Notes under the pieces: model-generated
Databases searched by the model: none
The model's input: only the letters and a program-made list of their open reading frames with translations
Told to the model about the DNA's origin: nothing
Part shown: one piece after another, positions 52,583 through 61,398 of the stretch
Layout of the letters: each line of letters starts with the position of its first letter
Numbering within the stretch: position 1 is the first letter of the stretch
Made by a program: the position numbers and the translations under genes
Source: Candidatus Micrarchaeota archaeon
GTDB taxonomy: Archaea; Micrarchaeota; Micrarchaeia; Micrarchaeales; CABMGC01
Length of the DNA stretch: 64,000 nucleotides
Reading direction: 5' to 3'
Assembly: GCA_021818925.1 (NCBI GenBank)
Contig: JAKASU010000001.1
Coordinates: 68,036-132,035 of the forward strand

Positions 52583-52947
52583 CAATCGGGCTCTGCCGCC
52601 TTCTTTGCGTAAGCGTGCGAGAATGCGCACGCGATGTTGTTCGCTACGCCGCATATTGTGCATATGCACACGTTCACGTACTCCTCCTTGCCCTCCGATA
52701 TCTTCTTTATGTAATCGTCAATCAGCTCGCGCTGGCCCTGTATCTTGCCCTCTATCTCTTCCACCTTCTCCTTCAGGCTGTCTGAGTACTTCTCAGTTAT
52801 GTACTTGCTTATCGCGGCCTGCGCCACGCCAAGCCGCTTCGCGACATCCGTCTCATTCATGTTGTGCTTGAGAACCAGAGCCCTTGCGATTATCGACTTC
52901 GCTGCCGGCACCGTCTCCTCGGAAATTGTCTCGTATTTGCTGGGCAA
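52582..52947 (-). CDS. HTH transcriptional regulator with a C-terminal C-x-C-x2-C-x7-C cluster; first gene of the suf operon
   Basis: The HTH is ETDVAKRLGVAQAAISKY. The C-terminal region is VCICTICGVANNIACAF. Confidence 0.7.
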   Translation of the reverse strand: MPSKYETISEETVPAAKSIIARALVLKHNMNETDVAKRLGVAQAAISKYITEKYSDSLKEKVEEIEGKIQGQRELIDDYIKKISEGKEEYVNVCICTICGVANNIACAFSHAYAKKAAEPD

Positions 52948-53022
52948 GATTTCCCCTATAACTCAGTTATAACTGATAGGCACTTATATGTTTATATACC
53001 TAATTTTTAGTGGGAGGATCTT

Positions 53023-53409
53023 ATGCTGGAAAAGAAAGCGATAGCCATGATCGAAGAGAAGAACTTCGCGTTCCTTGCTACGGTTTCGAGGGATGGATCG
53101 CCGCAGCTCACGCCCACGTGGGTGGACACAGACGGCAAACGCCTGCTGATAAATACCGCGATGGGGAGGGCCAAACAGAGGAATACGGCGAGGGACAGCA
53201 GGGTGGCCGTGGTCGTGCCCGACAGCAAGAACATGTACAGCTACCTGTACGTCAAGGGCAGGGTTGTAGAGCAGAGAACAGCGGGCGCGGACAAGCACAT
53301 AGACAAGCTGGCCAAGAAGTACCTCGGCAAGGACGAGTATCCGTGGAAGAACCCGAAGGAGACAAGGGTTATGCTCGTCATAGAGCCGGAAAAAGTGATT
53401 TCGCAATGA
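53023..53409 (+). CDS. Pyridoxamine-5'-phosphate-oxidase-like FMN/F420-binding split-barrel protein
   Basis: FAFLATVSRDGSPQLTPTW and RDSRVAVVV are typical of the PPOX class. Confidence 0.8.
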   Translation: MLEKKAIAMIEEKNFAFLATVSRDGSPQLTPTWVDTDGKRLLINTAMGRAKQRNTARDSRVAVVVPDSKNMYSYLYVKGRVVEQRTAGADKHIDKLAKKYLGKDEYPWKNPKETRVMLVIEPEKVISQ

Positions 53410-53798
53410 TAAGATTCACGAAGAATGAGGAGGAGTTCATGGAAAAGCAGGACGTGGCGAGGATAGCCACAGTTTCGCCTAAGGGCTGGCCCCAGGTCAC
53501 GCCGGTGGTGCACCTATACCACGATGGCCGCATCTACTTCATAACAGATTACGGAAGCAGGAAGCACAAGAACATAGAGAAGAATGGAAAGGTTGGCGTG
53601 GCGGTAGACGTGTACTCCAGGCAGCCCTCAAGCGTGATCATACAGGGCACGGCTGAGATAATAGAACACGGAAAAGAGTTTGCCGATATCGAGAAACTGT
53701 TCGAGGAGAGGCACGCGTACTACAAGGCGAACCCCGTCAAGGAGGGCGACGCTCCGCTGATAAAGATAACCCCTGTGAAAAAGTTCAGCTCTTTCTGA
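53406..53798 (+). CDS. Second PPOX-like split-barrel protein (tandem paralog)
   Basis: VARIATVSPKGWPQVTPVV and KNGKVGVAVD. ATGA overlap with the upstream paralog. Confidence 0.8.
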   Translation: MIRFTKNEEEFMEKQDVARIATVSPKGWPQVTPVVHLYHDGRIYFITDYGSRKHKNIEKNGKVGVAVDVYSRQPSSVIIQGTAEIIEHGKEFADIEKLFEERHAYYKANPVKEGDAPLIKITPVKKFSSF

Positions 53799-56142
53799 TC
53801 TCCAAAGAGATCTCAGTGCCTGGAACCTTTTCTCCACCCTTCCCCACGCTTATCCGTTTTATGTTCATCGCGCCCTTCACATCCTCTGCAAGCTCCTCAA
53901 GGTTTTCGCTGAGCACGACCTCCTGAAGCTCCGCGTTGAGCGCCATCTTGTTGTTGTGTTTCCACTGCCTGATGTACTCTATCACCTTCTGCGCAGCGTC
54001 CCCCTGCTTCAGACTCTTCTCATCCACCCATTTCTTGTCGAAAGTCGGCCAATCGGAAATATGTATCGATACTGCTTTGTCGAGTTTGCCCCTGAACAGG
54101 TTCTGGTATATCTCCTCTGTCACGAACGGCATGAAAGGCGCGAGCAGCTTCAGTACGAGAAGGAACACGTAACCAAGGGTCATGTTCGCCGACGGATCCT
54201 TGCCGTATATCCTGTACTTCACGAACTCGAGGTAGTTGTCGCTGAAGAACCAGAAGAACTCCTCGGCCGCGCGTTTGGCGCCGGCGTAGTTGAAACTTTC
54301 GAGGAGCTCGGTAGACTCCTTGAGCACGTACAGGGACCTCGCCGTTATCCACTTGTCAATCTCCTTGGGCTGGCCCTCAAAAGTTTCGCAGTTCTGCTCT
54401 ATGAACTTCGCGACGTTCCAGAGCTTGTTGGTCAGCCTCTGCGCGCTTATCATGTCCTTCTCCTGAAACGAAGACTCTTCGCCAAGGTTCGACGATGCCG
54501 CCCAGTACCTTATGGAATCAGCGCCATACTTCTCAAGAGTGCTGACTGCATCTATTATGTTGCCGAGAGACTTGTGCATTGGCCTGCCCTGCGGGTCCAG
54601 CCCATGGCCGTTTATCATGACCTCGGCCCACGGCAGCTTCTTGGTGTGCAGATACGATTTGACTATCGTGGTGAAGAGCCAGAAGGTTATGATGTCGTGT
54701 CCCTGGGTTCTCAGATTCATGGGGTAGATTTTGTCCATATATTTCTTGTCTGTGGCCCAGTGAGCGTTTATCAGCGGCGTGAGAGATGAAGTGGCCCAGG
54801 TGTCAAGCACGTCCGCTTCCGGTATAAACTCAACGGAACCGCACTTCGAGCAACCCAGTTTCGGCTTATCCACCAACGGGTTGACCGGAAGCTGCTCCTT
54901 CTCAGCAAGCTTCACCTCCCCGCAATTCTTGCAGTACCATACCGGAAAGGGTATGCCAAAGAACCTCTGCCTGCTTATCCCCCAGTCCCACTGCAGGTTC
55001 TGCACCCAGTTGTCGTACCTGTGGTGCATGTACTCTGGGTGCCACTTAAGTTGCCTGCCGAGCCTGAGAAGCTCGTCCTTCAGGTCGAGATACTTGATGT
55101 ACCACTGCTCCTTGACTATGAATTCTATCTCGCTCTTGCAGCGTTCGTGTATCTTTATGTCGTGGTCTATCTCCTGCTCCTTAATCACGAATCCTCCTTT
55201 CCTAAGCTCCTCTATTATCTTCTGTCGTGCCTCCTTTGGTTTCATTCCTTTGTAACCCTCGACTGTCATCCTACCCGAATCGTCGATGGCTATACGCAGG
55301 TCAAGGTTGTACGCTTTATACCACTCGATGTCCGTCTGGTCGCCGAAAGTGCAGCACATGACCATGCCGGTCCCCTTCTCCGGATCAACCCTCTGGTCAG
55401 AAAGTATCTTTATCTCGTTTCCGAACAGCGGCACCTTCACCTTCTTTCCAGCAAACTTTGCGTGCTTCTTATCTTTGGGATTAACAAAAATGGCGACTAT
55501 CGCAGGCAAGAGCTCCGGTCTGGTGGTCGCGATCTCTACGTCCTTGTCGAACTTTATGTAGACGAATTTGGTCTTCTCTGTCTTGTCTTCCAGCTCCATT
55601 TGTGACACCGTGGTTCTGTCCTTCGGGCACCACAGCGTCGGCGTCTCCTTCCTGTATGCCCGTCCCATCGTGTACAGCTCTATGAAAGAGAACTGCGAGG
55701 CGATGCGTGCATCATTGCCCATAGTGGTGTAGAGCAGTGACCAGTCGACCGAAAGCGCGAGCGAATTGAACACTCTCTTGTACTCTTCTTCGTACTTCTC
55801 CTTGGTCTTCTCCACAAGCTCTATGAACTTCTCCCTGCCGAGCTTCTCAGCTACAACGTTGTGCTCCTTCTCTACCAGTATCTCGGTAGGCAGCCCGTTG
55901 TTGTCAAGGCCCACAGGATAGAAGACGTTGTAGCCGCGCATGCGCTTGTATCTAATCATGAAGTCGTGTTGTGACAGCCCAAAAAGGTGTCCCGTGTGCA
56001 GCTTACCAGAAATCGTAGGAGGCGGCGGATCTACTGCGTACACTGGCTTCTTGCTCTTCTCGCCGAACTTGTAGACCTTCTCCTTCTCCCAGAGCCCGGC
56101 TAGCCTTTTCTCAGCCTCCTTGTAATCATACTTGCCGAGCAT
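53785..56142 (-). CDS. valS: Valyl-tRNA synthetase
   Basis: PPPTISGKLHTGH (HIGH region), MHKSLGN (KMSKS-like) and the DTWATSS editing/CP1 context. 785 aa. Confidence 0.85.
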   Translation of the reverse strand: MLGKYDYKEAEKRLAGLWEKEKVYKFGEKSKKPVYAVDPPPPTISGKLHTGHLFGLSQHDFMIRYKRMRGYNVFYPVGLDNNGLPTEILVEKEHNVVAEKLGREKFIELVEKTKEKYEEEYKRVFNSLALSVDWSLLYTTMGNDARIASQFSFIELYTMGRAYRKETPTLWCPKDRTTVSQMELEDKTEKTKFVYIKFDKDVEIATTRPELLPAIVAIFVNPKDKKHAKFAGKKVKVPLFGNEIKILSDQRVDPEKGTGMVMCCTFGDQTDIEWYKAYNLDLRIAIDDSGRMTVEGYKGMKPKEARQKIIEELRKGGFVIKEQEIDHDIKIHERCKSEIEFIVKEQWYIKYLDLKDELLRLGRQLKWHPEYMHHRYDNWVQNLQWDWGISRQRFFGIPFPVWYCKNCGEVKLAEKEQLPVNPLVDKPKLGCSKCGSVEFIPEADVLDTWATSSLTPLINAHWATDKKYMDKIYPMNLRTQGHDIITFWLFTTIVKSYLHTKKLPWAEVMINGHGLDPQGRPMHKSLGNIIDAVSTLEKYGADSIRYWAASSNLGEESSFQEKDMISAQRLTNKLWNVAKFIEQNCETFEGQPKEIDKWITARSLYVLKESTELLESFNYAGAKRAAEEFFWFFSDNYLEFVKYRIYGKDPSANMTLGYVFLLVLKLLAPFMPFVTEEIYQNLFRGKLDKAVSIHISDWPTFDKKWVDEKSLKQGDAAQKVIEYIRQWKHNNKMALNAELQEVVLSENLEELAEDVKGAMNIKRISVGKGGEKVPGTEISLEIRKS

Positions 56143-56202
56143 ACGATCAGTCTAGAGACTAAATACTTGTAATCATATAAAGCTTAAAGTTTCATTATCT
56201 GC

Positions 56203-56586
56203 ATGGAAGATGCGAAGTGCATATTCTGCAAGATAGTCGCGGGGAAGGTGCTGGCCTACAAGATATACGAGGACGAGAGTTTTGTTGCGTTCCTCGACCT
56301 TTACCCTGTGGCAAAGGGACAGGCGCTGGTGATACCTAAGAAGCACATGGGCAGCAAGTTCTACGAAGCGGAGGACAAGGAGCTTGCAGGGCTGATGCTT
56401 GTGGCGAAGAAGGTCTCAAAAGCAATAATCAAGAAGCTGCCTGCAAAGCGAGTGAGCCTCGTCTTAGAGGGGCTTGATGTAAACCACCTGCACGTAAAGC
56501 TGTATCCCGACAGGGGAATAGCTCATCTGGGCCCAAAGGCGACCGACGAGGAGCTAGAGGAGATAAGGAAGAAGATTGCGGAGTAG
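56203..56586 (+). CDS. HIT-family nucleotide hydrolase/transferase
   Basis: Histidine triad NHLHVKL and the CIFCKI N-terminus. Confidence 0.9.
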   Translation: MEDAKCIFCKIVAGKVLAYKIYEDESFVAFLDLYPVAKGQALVIPKKHMGSKFYEAEDKELAGLMLVAKKVSKAIIKKLPAKRVSLVLEGLDVNHLHVKLYPDRGIAHLGPKATDEELEEIRKKIAE

Positions 56587-56591
56587 ATCGC

Positions 56592-56903
56592 ATGCCGGAA
56601 GAGCCAAAAAGATTCAGACGCCTGCAGGAAGACTTCAGGTGCTTCAACTGCGGCACCGAGGTGAAGGGAACCGGCTACACGGACCACTGTCCGCGCTGCC
56701 TCTGGAGCCTTCACGTAGACGACAACCCCGGGGACAGGTCGTCGCCCTGTCGGGGAAAAATGGAACCGGTGAGTGTGATCTACAAGAACGGCGAGTTCAT
56801 AATCAACTACGTGTGCGCAAAGTGCGACACGAAGAAGAAGTTTGGCGCTGCGGTAAACGACGATAAGGAGCTGCTCGCGTCGCTTGTGAAGATGGCGATG
56901 TAG
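56592..56903 (+). CDS. RNHCP-domain zinc-binding protein
   Basis: FRCFNCG...YTDHCPRCLWSLHVDDNPGDR...C..KM matches the RNHCP pattern. Confidence 0.7.
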   Translation: MPEEPKRFRRLQEDFRCFNCGTEVKGTGYTDHCPRCLWSLHVDDNPGDRSSPCRGKMEPVSVIYKNGEFIINYVCAKCDTKKKFGAAVNDDKELLASLVKMAM

Positions 56904-56949
56904 AACCTGCAAAGCGGTTTCATTCGCGCATCGGCCAGACCCACAAGCA

Positions 56950-57849
56950 TCATTGGCCTTTCTTCACGTAGTTCTTTGCAACCTTCAACGCGATATCCGC
57001 AATTTCGGATTTCACCCGTTCCTCGTCCTCAACCTTGCTCTCCACCCCGATGGTCACGCCGTAGCTGGCCAGTCCGACGTCAGTGATCATGACCAAAGCC
57101 CTGTGCTGCAGCGCCTTCTTCAGCTTCTTATGCGCATCTATTTTGCTCAGCACGCGCCTCTTGAACTCGTCGAAGTTCGCAGCCATCGGCAACTCAACCC
57201 TAAACTTTGTGTAGATCGTGTCGGAGATGGAGTAGTTGATTATCGCTGCCTGGTTCATTATGCCGTTTGGCACGAAGAAGTCAGTGCCGTCATCCAGCTT
57301 AAGCTTCGTGTAGATCATCCCCATCTCCTCTATGATCCCGCTGTAGCCCGGCAGGATTATTCCGTGCGTGTAAGACGGCGGCACTGTGCCGTACTGCCAG
57401 GTGGAAAATGTAACCCTGTCACCTATCGCAAAGGGCTTCGAAGCCATCATCGAGATGCCTGCGAAGAGGTTGCCTAGCGTGGATTGCGATGCCAAGCCGA
57501 TTACTATTCCAAGGAAGCCGGCTCCTATAAGCACTCCTGTGAAATTTATCCCGAATATTGTGAGGAGAAGGAAGAAGAGCACAACGTAGCCGAGCAGGCT
57601 CGTCAGCCTTGCAAGCGGCTTCTCGTCTACCCGCGGCATATGCCTGCCGTAGTCGAGTATCGAGGAAGAAAGCAGTTTGATGGCTGCATAGCCGAACACC
57701 AAAAGGACTGCAGTGTCTGCGATCTTGCCGTACGCTGCCGCGCTTATCCCAACCGCGTTCAGTACGCTAGAGGAAAGCAAGGCAAGGGCCGTCCCTGCGG
57801 CTATGGTGGCTATGCCGGCTATGAAGTAAAGATAATAAGTACCTTTCAT
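56950..57849 (-). CDS. Small-conductance mechanosensitive channel (MscS family)
   Basis: TM3/beta-domain junction TLGNLFAGISMMASKPFAIGDRV. Confidence 0.9.
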   Translation of the reverse strand: MKGTYYLYFIAGIATIAAGTALALLSSSVLNAVGISAAAYGKIADTAVLLVFGYAAIKLLSSSILDYGRHMPRVDEKPLARLTSLLGYVVLFFLLLTIFGINFTGVLIGAGFLGIVIGLASQSTLGNLFAGISMMASKPFAIGDRVTFSTWQYGTVPPSYTHGIILPGYSGIIEEMGMIYTKLKLDDGTDFFVPNGIMNQAAIINYSISDTIYTKFRVELPMAANFDEFKRRVLSKIDAHKKLKKALQHRALVMITDVGLASYGVTIGVESKVEDEERVKSEIADIALKVAKNYVKKGQ

Positions 57850-57894
57850 GCTACCGCATTGAACAGTCCGAACTCCTGCTCTTCAGCCGAGCGA

Positions 57895-58074
57895 CTACTC
57901 CTCGTCCCTTACCGCGGCATGTATCTTTGCCATAGTCGACTCATCAATGGTGACCATGTTGTGTGCCTGCGCAGCATGCGCTTTTATCTGCGCCATGAGA
58001 GCGTCCTTGTTCTCAGCCCTTGCGGTGAAACCGCACTGCAGTCCTATGTCGCTGCACTTGAAAGTTTTTGCCAT
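57895..58074 (-). CDS. DUF1059-like small protein (59 aa)
   Basis: Below the ORF-track cutoff. Hand translation gives MAKTFKCSDIGLQCGFTARAENKDALMAQIKAHAAQAHNMVTIDESTMAKIHAAVRDEE. Confidence 0.65.
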   Translation of the reverse strand: MAKTFKCSDIGLQCGFTARAENKDALMAQIKAHAAQAHNMVTIDESTMAKIHAAVRDEE

Positions 58075-58197
58075 TTAATCACACAATGATGTGGAAGCCA
58101 ACGCTTATAATTTAGTTTTTGTATTCGGCATGCGTGGATGTGCACTTCCACGTTTGTGGAAGGTGTAAAGCTCGAAGCACGAGCAGAGCCGACAAGC

Positions 58198-59445
58198 TTA
58201 CCTTCTGAACCCTCTCCTATTCCTGGGAGAGAACTCGTATCTGTTTTGTTCCTGCCTGTTGGAGCCTCTCCTCCCGAATCTCGAGCCATGACCGCGGCCT
58301 CTCTCCCTTATCGGAAGCTCGATTCGCTCAAAGGGAAGCGTGTTGAGTTCCAGCCTCGTCATCCTGATGTTGGCCGTGTGCTCTATGTCCCTGAGCGCCA
58401 CGAGCTCGTCGTGGCCTGCTATGGTCATCGATCTGCCTTCCTTTCCCATCCTTGCGCTCCTTCCTACGCGGTGTATGTACACCTTCGGGTCTTCCGGAAC
58501 CCCAAAATTGATTATGTCTGTAACGTCGTCTATGTCTAGTCCCCTTGATGCTATGTTCGTTGCTATAAGGAACCTGGCCCCGCTCCTGAAGCTGCCCAGA
58601 GACCTCTCCCTAGCAGATTGGGTGAGCCCTCCGTGCATGAGTATCGCCTGATACTTCTGGCTACCAAGCACCCTGCTCAGGGTGTTGGCCTCGAACTTTG
58701 TCCTTGAGAATATTATCGCCTTCTTCGGAGAGTAGTCCTTTATGTAGGCAAGCAGGCCTGAGAACTTAAGCTTGCCGGGCACTATCGCGTACGTGTGCTT
58801 TATCGTGTTAACAACCGGCTCCTCATCCGGCCCCACGCTGACCATGCCACTGTCCTTAGAGTACTTCTCCGCAAGCTTCTGCACCTCCTTCGGCACGGTG
58901 GCCGAGAAGAGCATCATCTGCCTCTCGCGCGGCATCCTTCCTATTATATCATCAACGCTCTCAACGAAGCCCATGTCCAGCATTATGTCTGCCTCGTCCA
59001 GCACCAGGTACCTGACCCTGTCTGTCTTGAGCACACCCCTGTCCATAAGGTCCAGTATCCTGCCAGGGGTACCTACAAGTATGTTTGCTCCCTGGCGCAG
59101 GGAGTACATCTGCGGGCCTATCGCGGCGCCGCCGTACACGACTACTGTAGTTATGCCGAGCGGCCCTCCCACTTCGCGCGCGAACTGCGCTATCTGCTGC
59201 GCCAGCTCCCTCGTAGGCGCAAGTATCACAGCTTCCATCTCCCTAGTGCGGCCCATGTTCTGCATGATCGGCAGCAGGAAAGCTGCAGTCTTGCCCGTTC
59301 CTGTTTTGGCCCTCACAATGAGGTTCCTGCCCCTCAGCAGTTCCGGTATCGCCTTCTCCTGCACCTCAGTAGCGGTGACGAACCCTATCCTTTTCAGGGA
59401 TTCGACCAGCTCCGGTTTCAAATTCATCTCTCTGAATTCTGTCAA
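58198..59445 (-). CDS. DEAD-box ATP-dependent RNA helicase
   Basis: AKTGTGKT, DEAD, SAT and HRVGRSAR motifs, with an R/G-rich C-terminal tail. Confidence 0.95.
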   Translation of the reverse strand: MTEFREMNLKPELVESLKRIGFVTATEVQEKAIPELLRGRNLIVRAKTGTGKTAAFLLPIMQNMGRTREMEAVILAPTRELAQQIAQFAREVGGPLGITTVVVYGGAAIGPQMYSLRQGANILVGTPGRILDLMDRGVLKTDRVRYLVLDEADIMLDMGFVESVDDIIGRMPRERQMMLFSATVPKEVQKLAEKYSKDSGMVSVGPDEEPVVNTIKHTYAIVPGKLKFSGLLAYIKDYSPKKAIIFSRTKFEANTLSRVLGSQKYQAILMHGGLTQSARERSLGSFRSGARFLIATNIASRGLDIDDVTDIINFGVPEDPKVYIHRVGRSARMGKEGRSMTIAGHDELVALRDIEHTANIRMTRLELNTLPFERIELPIRERGRGHGSRFGRRGSNRQEQNRYEFSPRNRRGFRR

Positions 59446-59622
59446 AGTTTACACCGAAAATAAGGAAAAATAGAATTTTTCTCAATTATTTTACATATTC
59501 ATTTAGTCGTCATGGTATTTAACACTTGGCATTTACCTGGCTTGTTTTACACGGGGGTTCATGGGATTCCGCGCCTACTTTAGGTGCAGGTAATTTAAAT
59601 CATATTGTTTGAATAAGATGCG

Positions 59623-60075
59623 ATGTCGACCAAGGACTGGGCCGTGTCCCCGATATGGGTCTACCTCTTCGGAATCATAGCGGTGCTCGTACTCATAGCC
59701 GGTATCGCCATGATTGCGTATGGCAACCTGATAGGCATTGTTCTGGTGGTTATTTTCGCTGCATGGGCTGCGGGCCCGATCATGCAGTGGAGGTCTGATG
59801 TCCGCGAGAAGAAGGGAGAGAAACCCTCGGCTGTGCAGAATCCCCGGGGGATGCCGCTGGCATGGATCGCATTTCTTGGTTTCTGGATCTTAGTCGGCAT
59901 CTATCTCCTGGCGTTCGTTCCAGTGCTACGAGTGCTGGGCGCGTTCGAAATAGCCCTGATGCTGCTGATCGGCTATATCTCTAATAGGAGGTACAACAGA
60001 ATGGTGGCCAAGGGGAAGGAAGTGAGAGCCAAGCTGCAGGACGAGAGTGGTGTGGTAAAGAAACCCTGGGAGTGA
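59623..60075 (+). CDS. Hypothetical membrane protein (150 aa, about 4 TM helices)
   Basis: Hydrophobicity pattern only. Confidence 0.55.
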   Translation: MSTKDWAVSPIWVYLFGIIAVLVLIAGIAMIAYGNLIGIVLVVIFAAWAAGPIMQWRSDVREKKGEKPSAVQNPRGMPLAWIAFLGFWILVGIYLLAFVPVLRVLGAFEIALMLLIGYISNRRYNRMVAKGKEVRAKLQDESGVVKKPWE

Positions 60076-60080
60076 ACCTT

Positions 60081-60809
60081 TCATTCCTCTCCGGCCTTCT
60101 CTGCCATCGACCTTATGTCGTCCATATTTTTCAGGACGTCTTCCACTTTCTCGCTCATGTAGGCGGATGCTTGGCCGGTGTTAGGATACTTCGGGTCTTT
60201 CGCGTACTTCCCGGCCTCGTCCGATACCGGCGCCAAGGGCTTCTTGATTTTAATGTGCGTTTCAATCTGAACCCTTCCCTTCGACATGCCGAGCGTTAGC
60301 GCCTTCATCACTCCCGCAGCCATGCTTTTTCCTATCGGCACTCCCTCGAACTTCATCACCAGGCTCTCGTCGCCGAGGAGCGACTTCTCGTTGCGCACCT
60401 TTATCAGCACGTTCATACCGTCTAGGTTGTCCCTGTGCTTCATCTCTTCAGCCATGGCTTTCGCCATTCCCGCTCCCGCTGCCGCAACACGCTTCTTGTA
60501 ATCAGCATCGTACTTTATCAGCTTCTTTATATACTCATAGTCATAGACGTAGTTGTGGACAGGCCACTGGTACTTCTTGAACAATGATTCGACCTTCTCG
60601 CCCAAGATAAAGGCACGCAGGTTCGTGACTATGAGTTGGCCCTCCTTGTTAATGTTCGCGTTGCCGATCATGTTCGTGCTACTGTAAACGTACGCCACGT
60701 ACTCTGCCCTGTCCGATACGAAGAGCGCATTCTCACCCGGCTCCAGGAAATCCTTATATGTGGACCCTCCCAGATAATCAGTTAGCCCATACCCTTTCAG
60801 TTCTCCCAT
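60081..60809 (-). CDS. Hypothetical protein (242 aa) with a possible N-terminal bacterial-PH/GRAM-like fold
   Basis: GENALFVSDRAEYV...GQLIVTNLRAFILGEKV resembles the bPH/GRAM pattern. Otherwise unrecognised. Confidence 0.55.
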   Translation of the reverse strand: MGELKGYGLTDYLGGSTYKDFLEPGENALFVSDRAEYVAYVYSSTNMIGNANINKEGQLIVTNLRAFILGEKVESLFKKYQWPVHNYVYDYEYIKKLIKYDADYKKRVAAAGAGMAKAMAEEMKHRDNLDGMNVLIKVRNEKSLLGDESLVMKFEGVPIGKSMAAGVMKALTLGMSKGRVQIETHIKIKKPLAPVSDEAGKYAKDPKYPNTGQASAYMSEKVEDVLKNMDDIRSMAEKAGEE

Positions 60810-60876
60810 GCATTTCAGGGACTACTCCGTGATTAGTTATATAAATCTTACGTCACAACTCACCTTAGGAGAGCAG

Positions 60877-61182
60877 ATGGACAGTGCGGAGAAGTCAGCG
60901 CTTCTGAAATTCGCAGCTGGAGTCGTGGTCATACTCCTGCTTTCGTTCTTCAGCAGTGGCGCGCTCTGGTTGCTGCCGATCTGGATAGTTTTCTGGATCT
61001 ACATCTTGATGTTTGCCCTGGTAAAGGAGCTCTCGGAAAAGGTCCTTGACAAGCTCGGATTCGAGGGACATGGTATTATAAAGACCGTGCTTCAGTTGGG
61101 CATGGTGCTGTTCGCATACGCGGTTCTATCAATAGTACTTATACTCTTCTTCTTCATCATAGGTCCGAGTATTGGAATCTGA
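60877..61182 (+). CDS. Hypothetical small membrane protein (101 aa, 3 TM helices)
   Basis: The ATG at 60877 was chosen. Hydrophobicity pattern only. Confidence 0.5.
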   Translation: MDSAEKSALLKFAAGVVVILLLSFFSSGALWLLPIWIVFWIYILMFALVKELSEKVLDKLGFEGHGIIKTVLQLGMVLFAYAVLSIVLILFFFIIGPSIGI

Positions 61183-61271
61183 GGTCGGAGTCTCGTCCTC
61201 CCTCGCCCGAATTCCATAGCTTAGATTCACTGTAACTGTTTAGCCGTTTGAAGTTACTCTACAAGCAGGCG

Positions 61272-61343
61272 AGCCCCAGGAGGGATTTGAGCCCTCGACT
61301 TACTGCTTACGAAGCAGTCACTCTACCACTGAGTTACTGGGGC
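61272..61343 (-). tRNA. tRNA-Thr (anticodon CGU)
   Basis: Hand-folded. Acceptor GCCCCAG/CTGGGGC, anticodon stem ACTGC/GCAGT with loop TTCGTAA, T-arm GAGGG-CTCAAAT-CCCTC. Confidence 0.9.
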
Positions 61344-61398
61344 ACACCATGTATAAAAACATAGGAGCAAATAAATACTTGCTCTAAATACGATTCAC

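Noticed and set aside
53010-53405. First 132 codons of the 262-aa ORF 53010-53798
   Set aside because: It overlaps the first PPOX-like gene in another frame and reads as Gly/Arg/Glu/Gln-rich nonsense. Only the part from the ATG at 53406 is a PPOX-like protein.
53956-54789. 277-aa plus-strand ORF, with others at 55021-55605
   Set aside because: They are antisense to valS.
58131-58150. Hairpin CGTGGA-N8-TCCACG as an ncRNA or riboswitch
   Set aside because: It is a short isolated stem downstream of the helicase gene with no further conserved structure. It is more likely a transcript 3' end or an insulator between genes.
59446-59622. 177-nt intergenic region as a possible C/D-box or other small RNA
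   Set aside because: No C (RUGAUGA) or D (CUGA) box pair was found on either strand. The region is consistent with two divergent AT-rich promoters.
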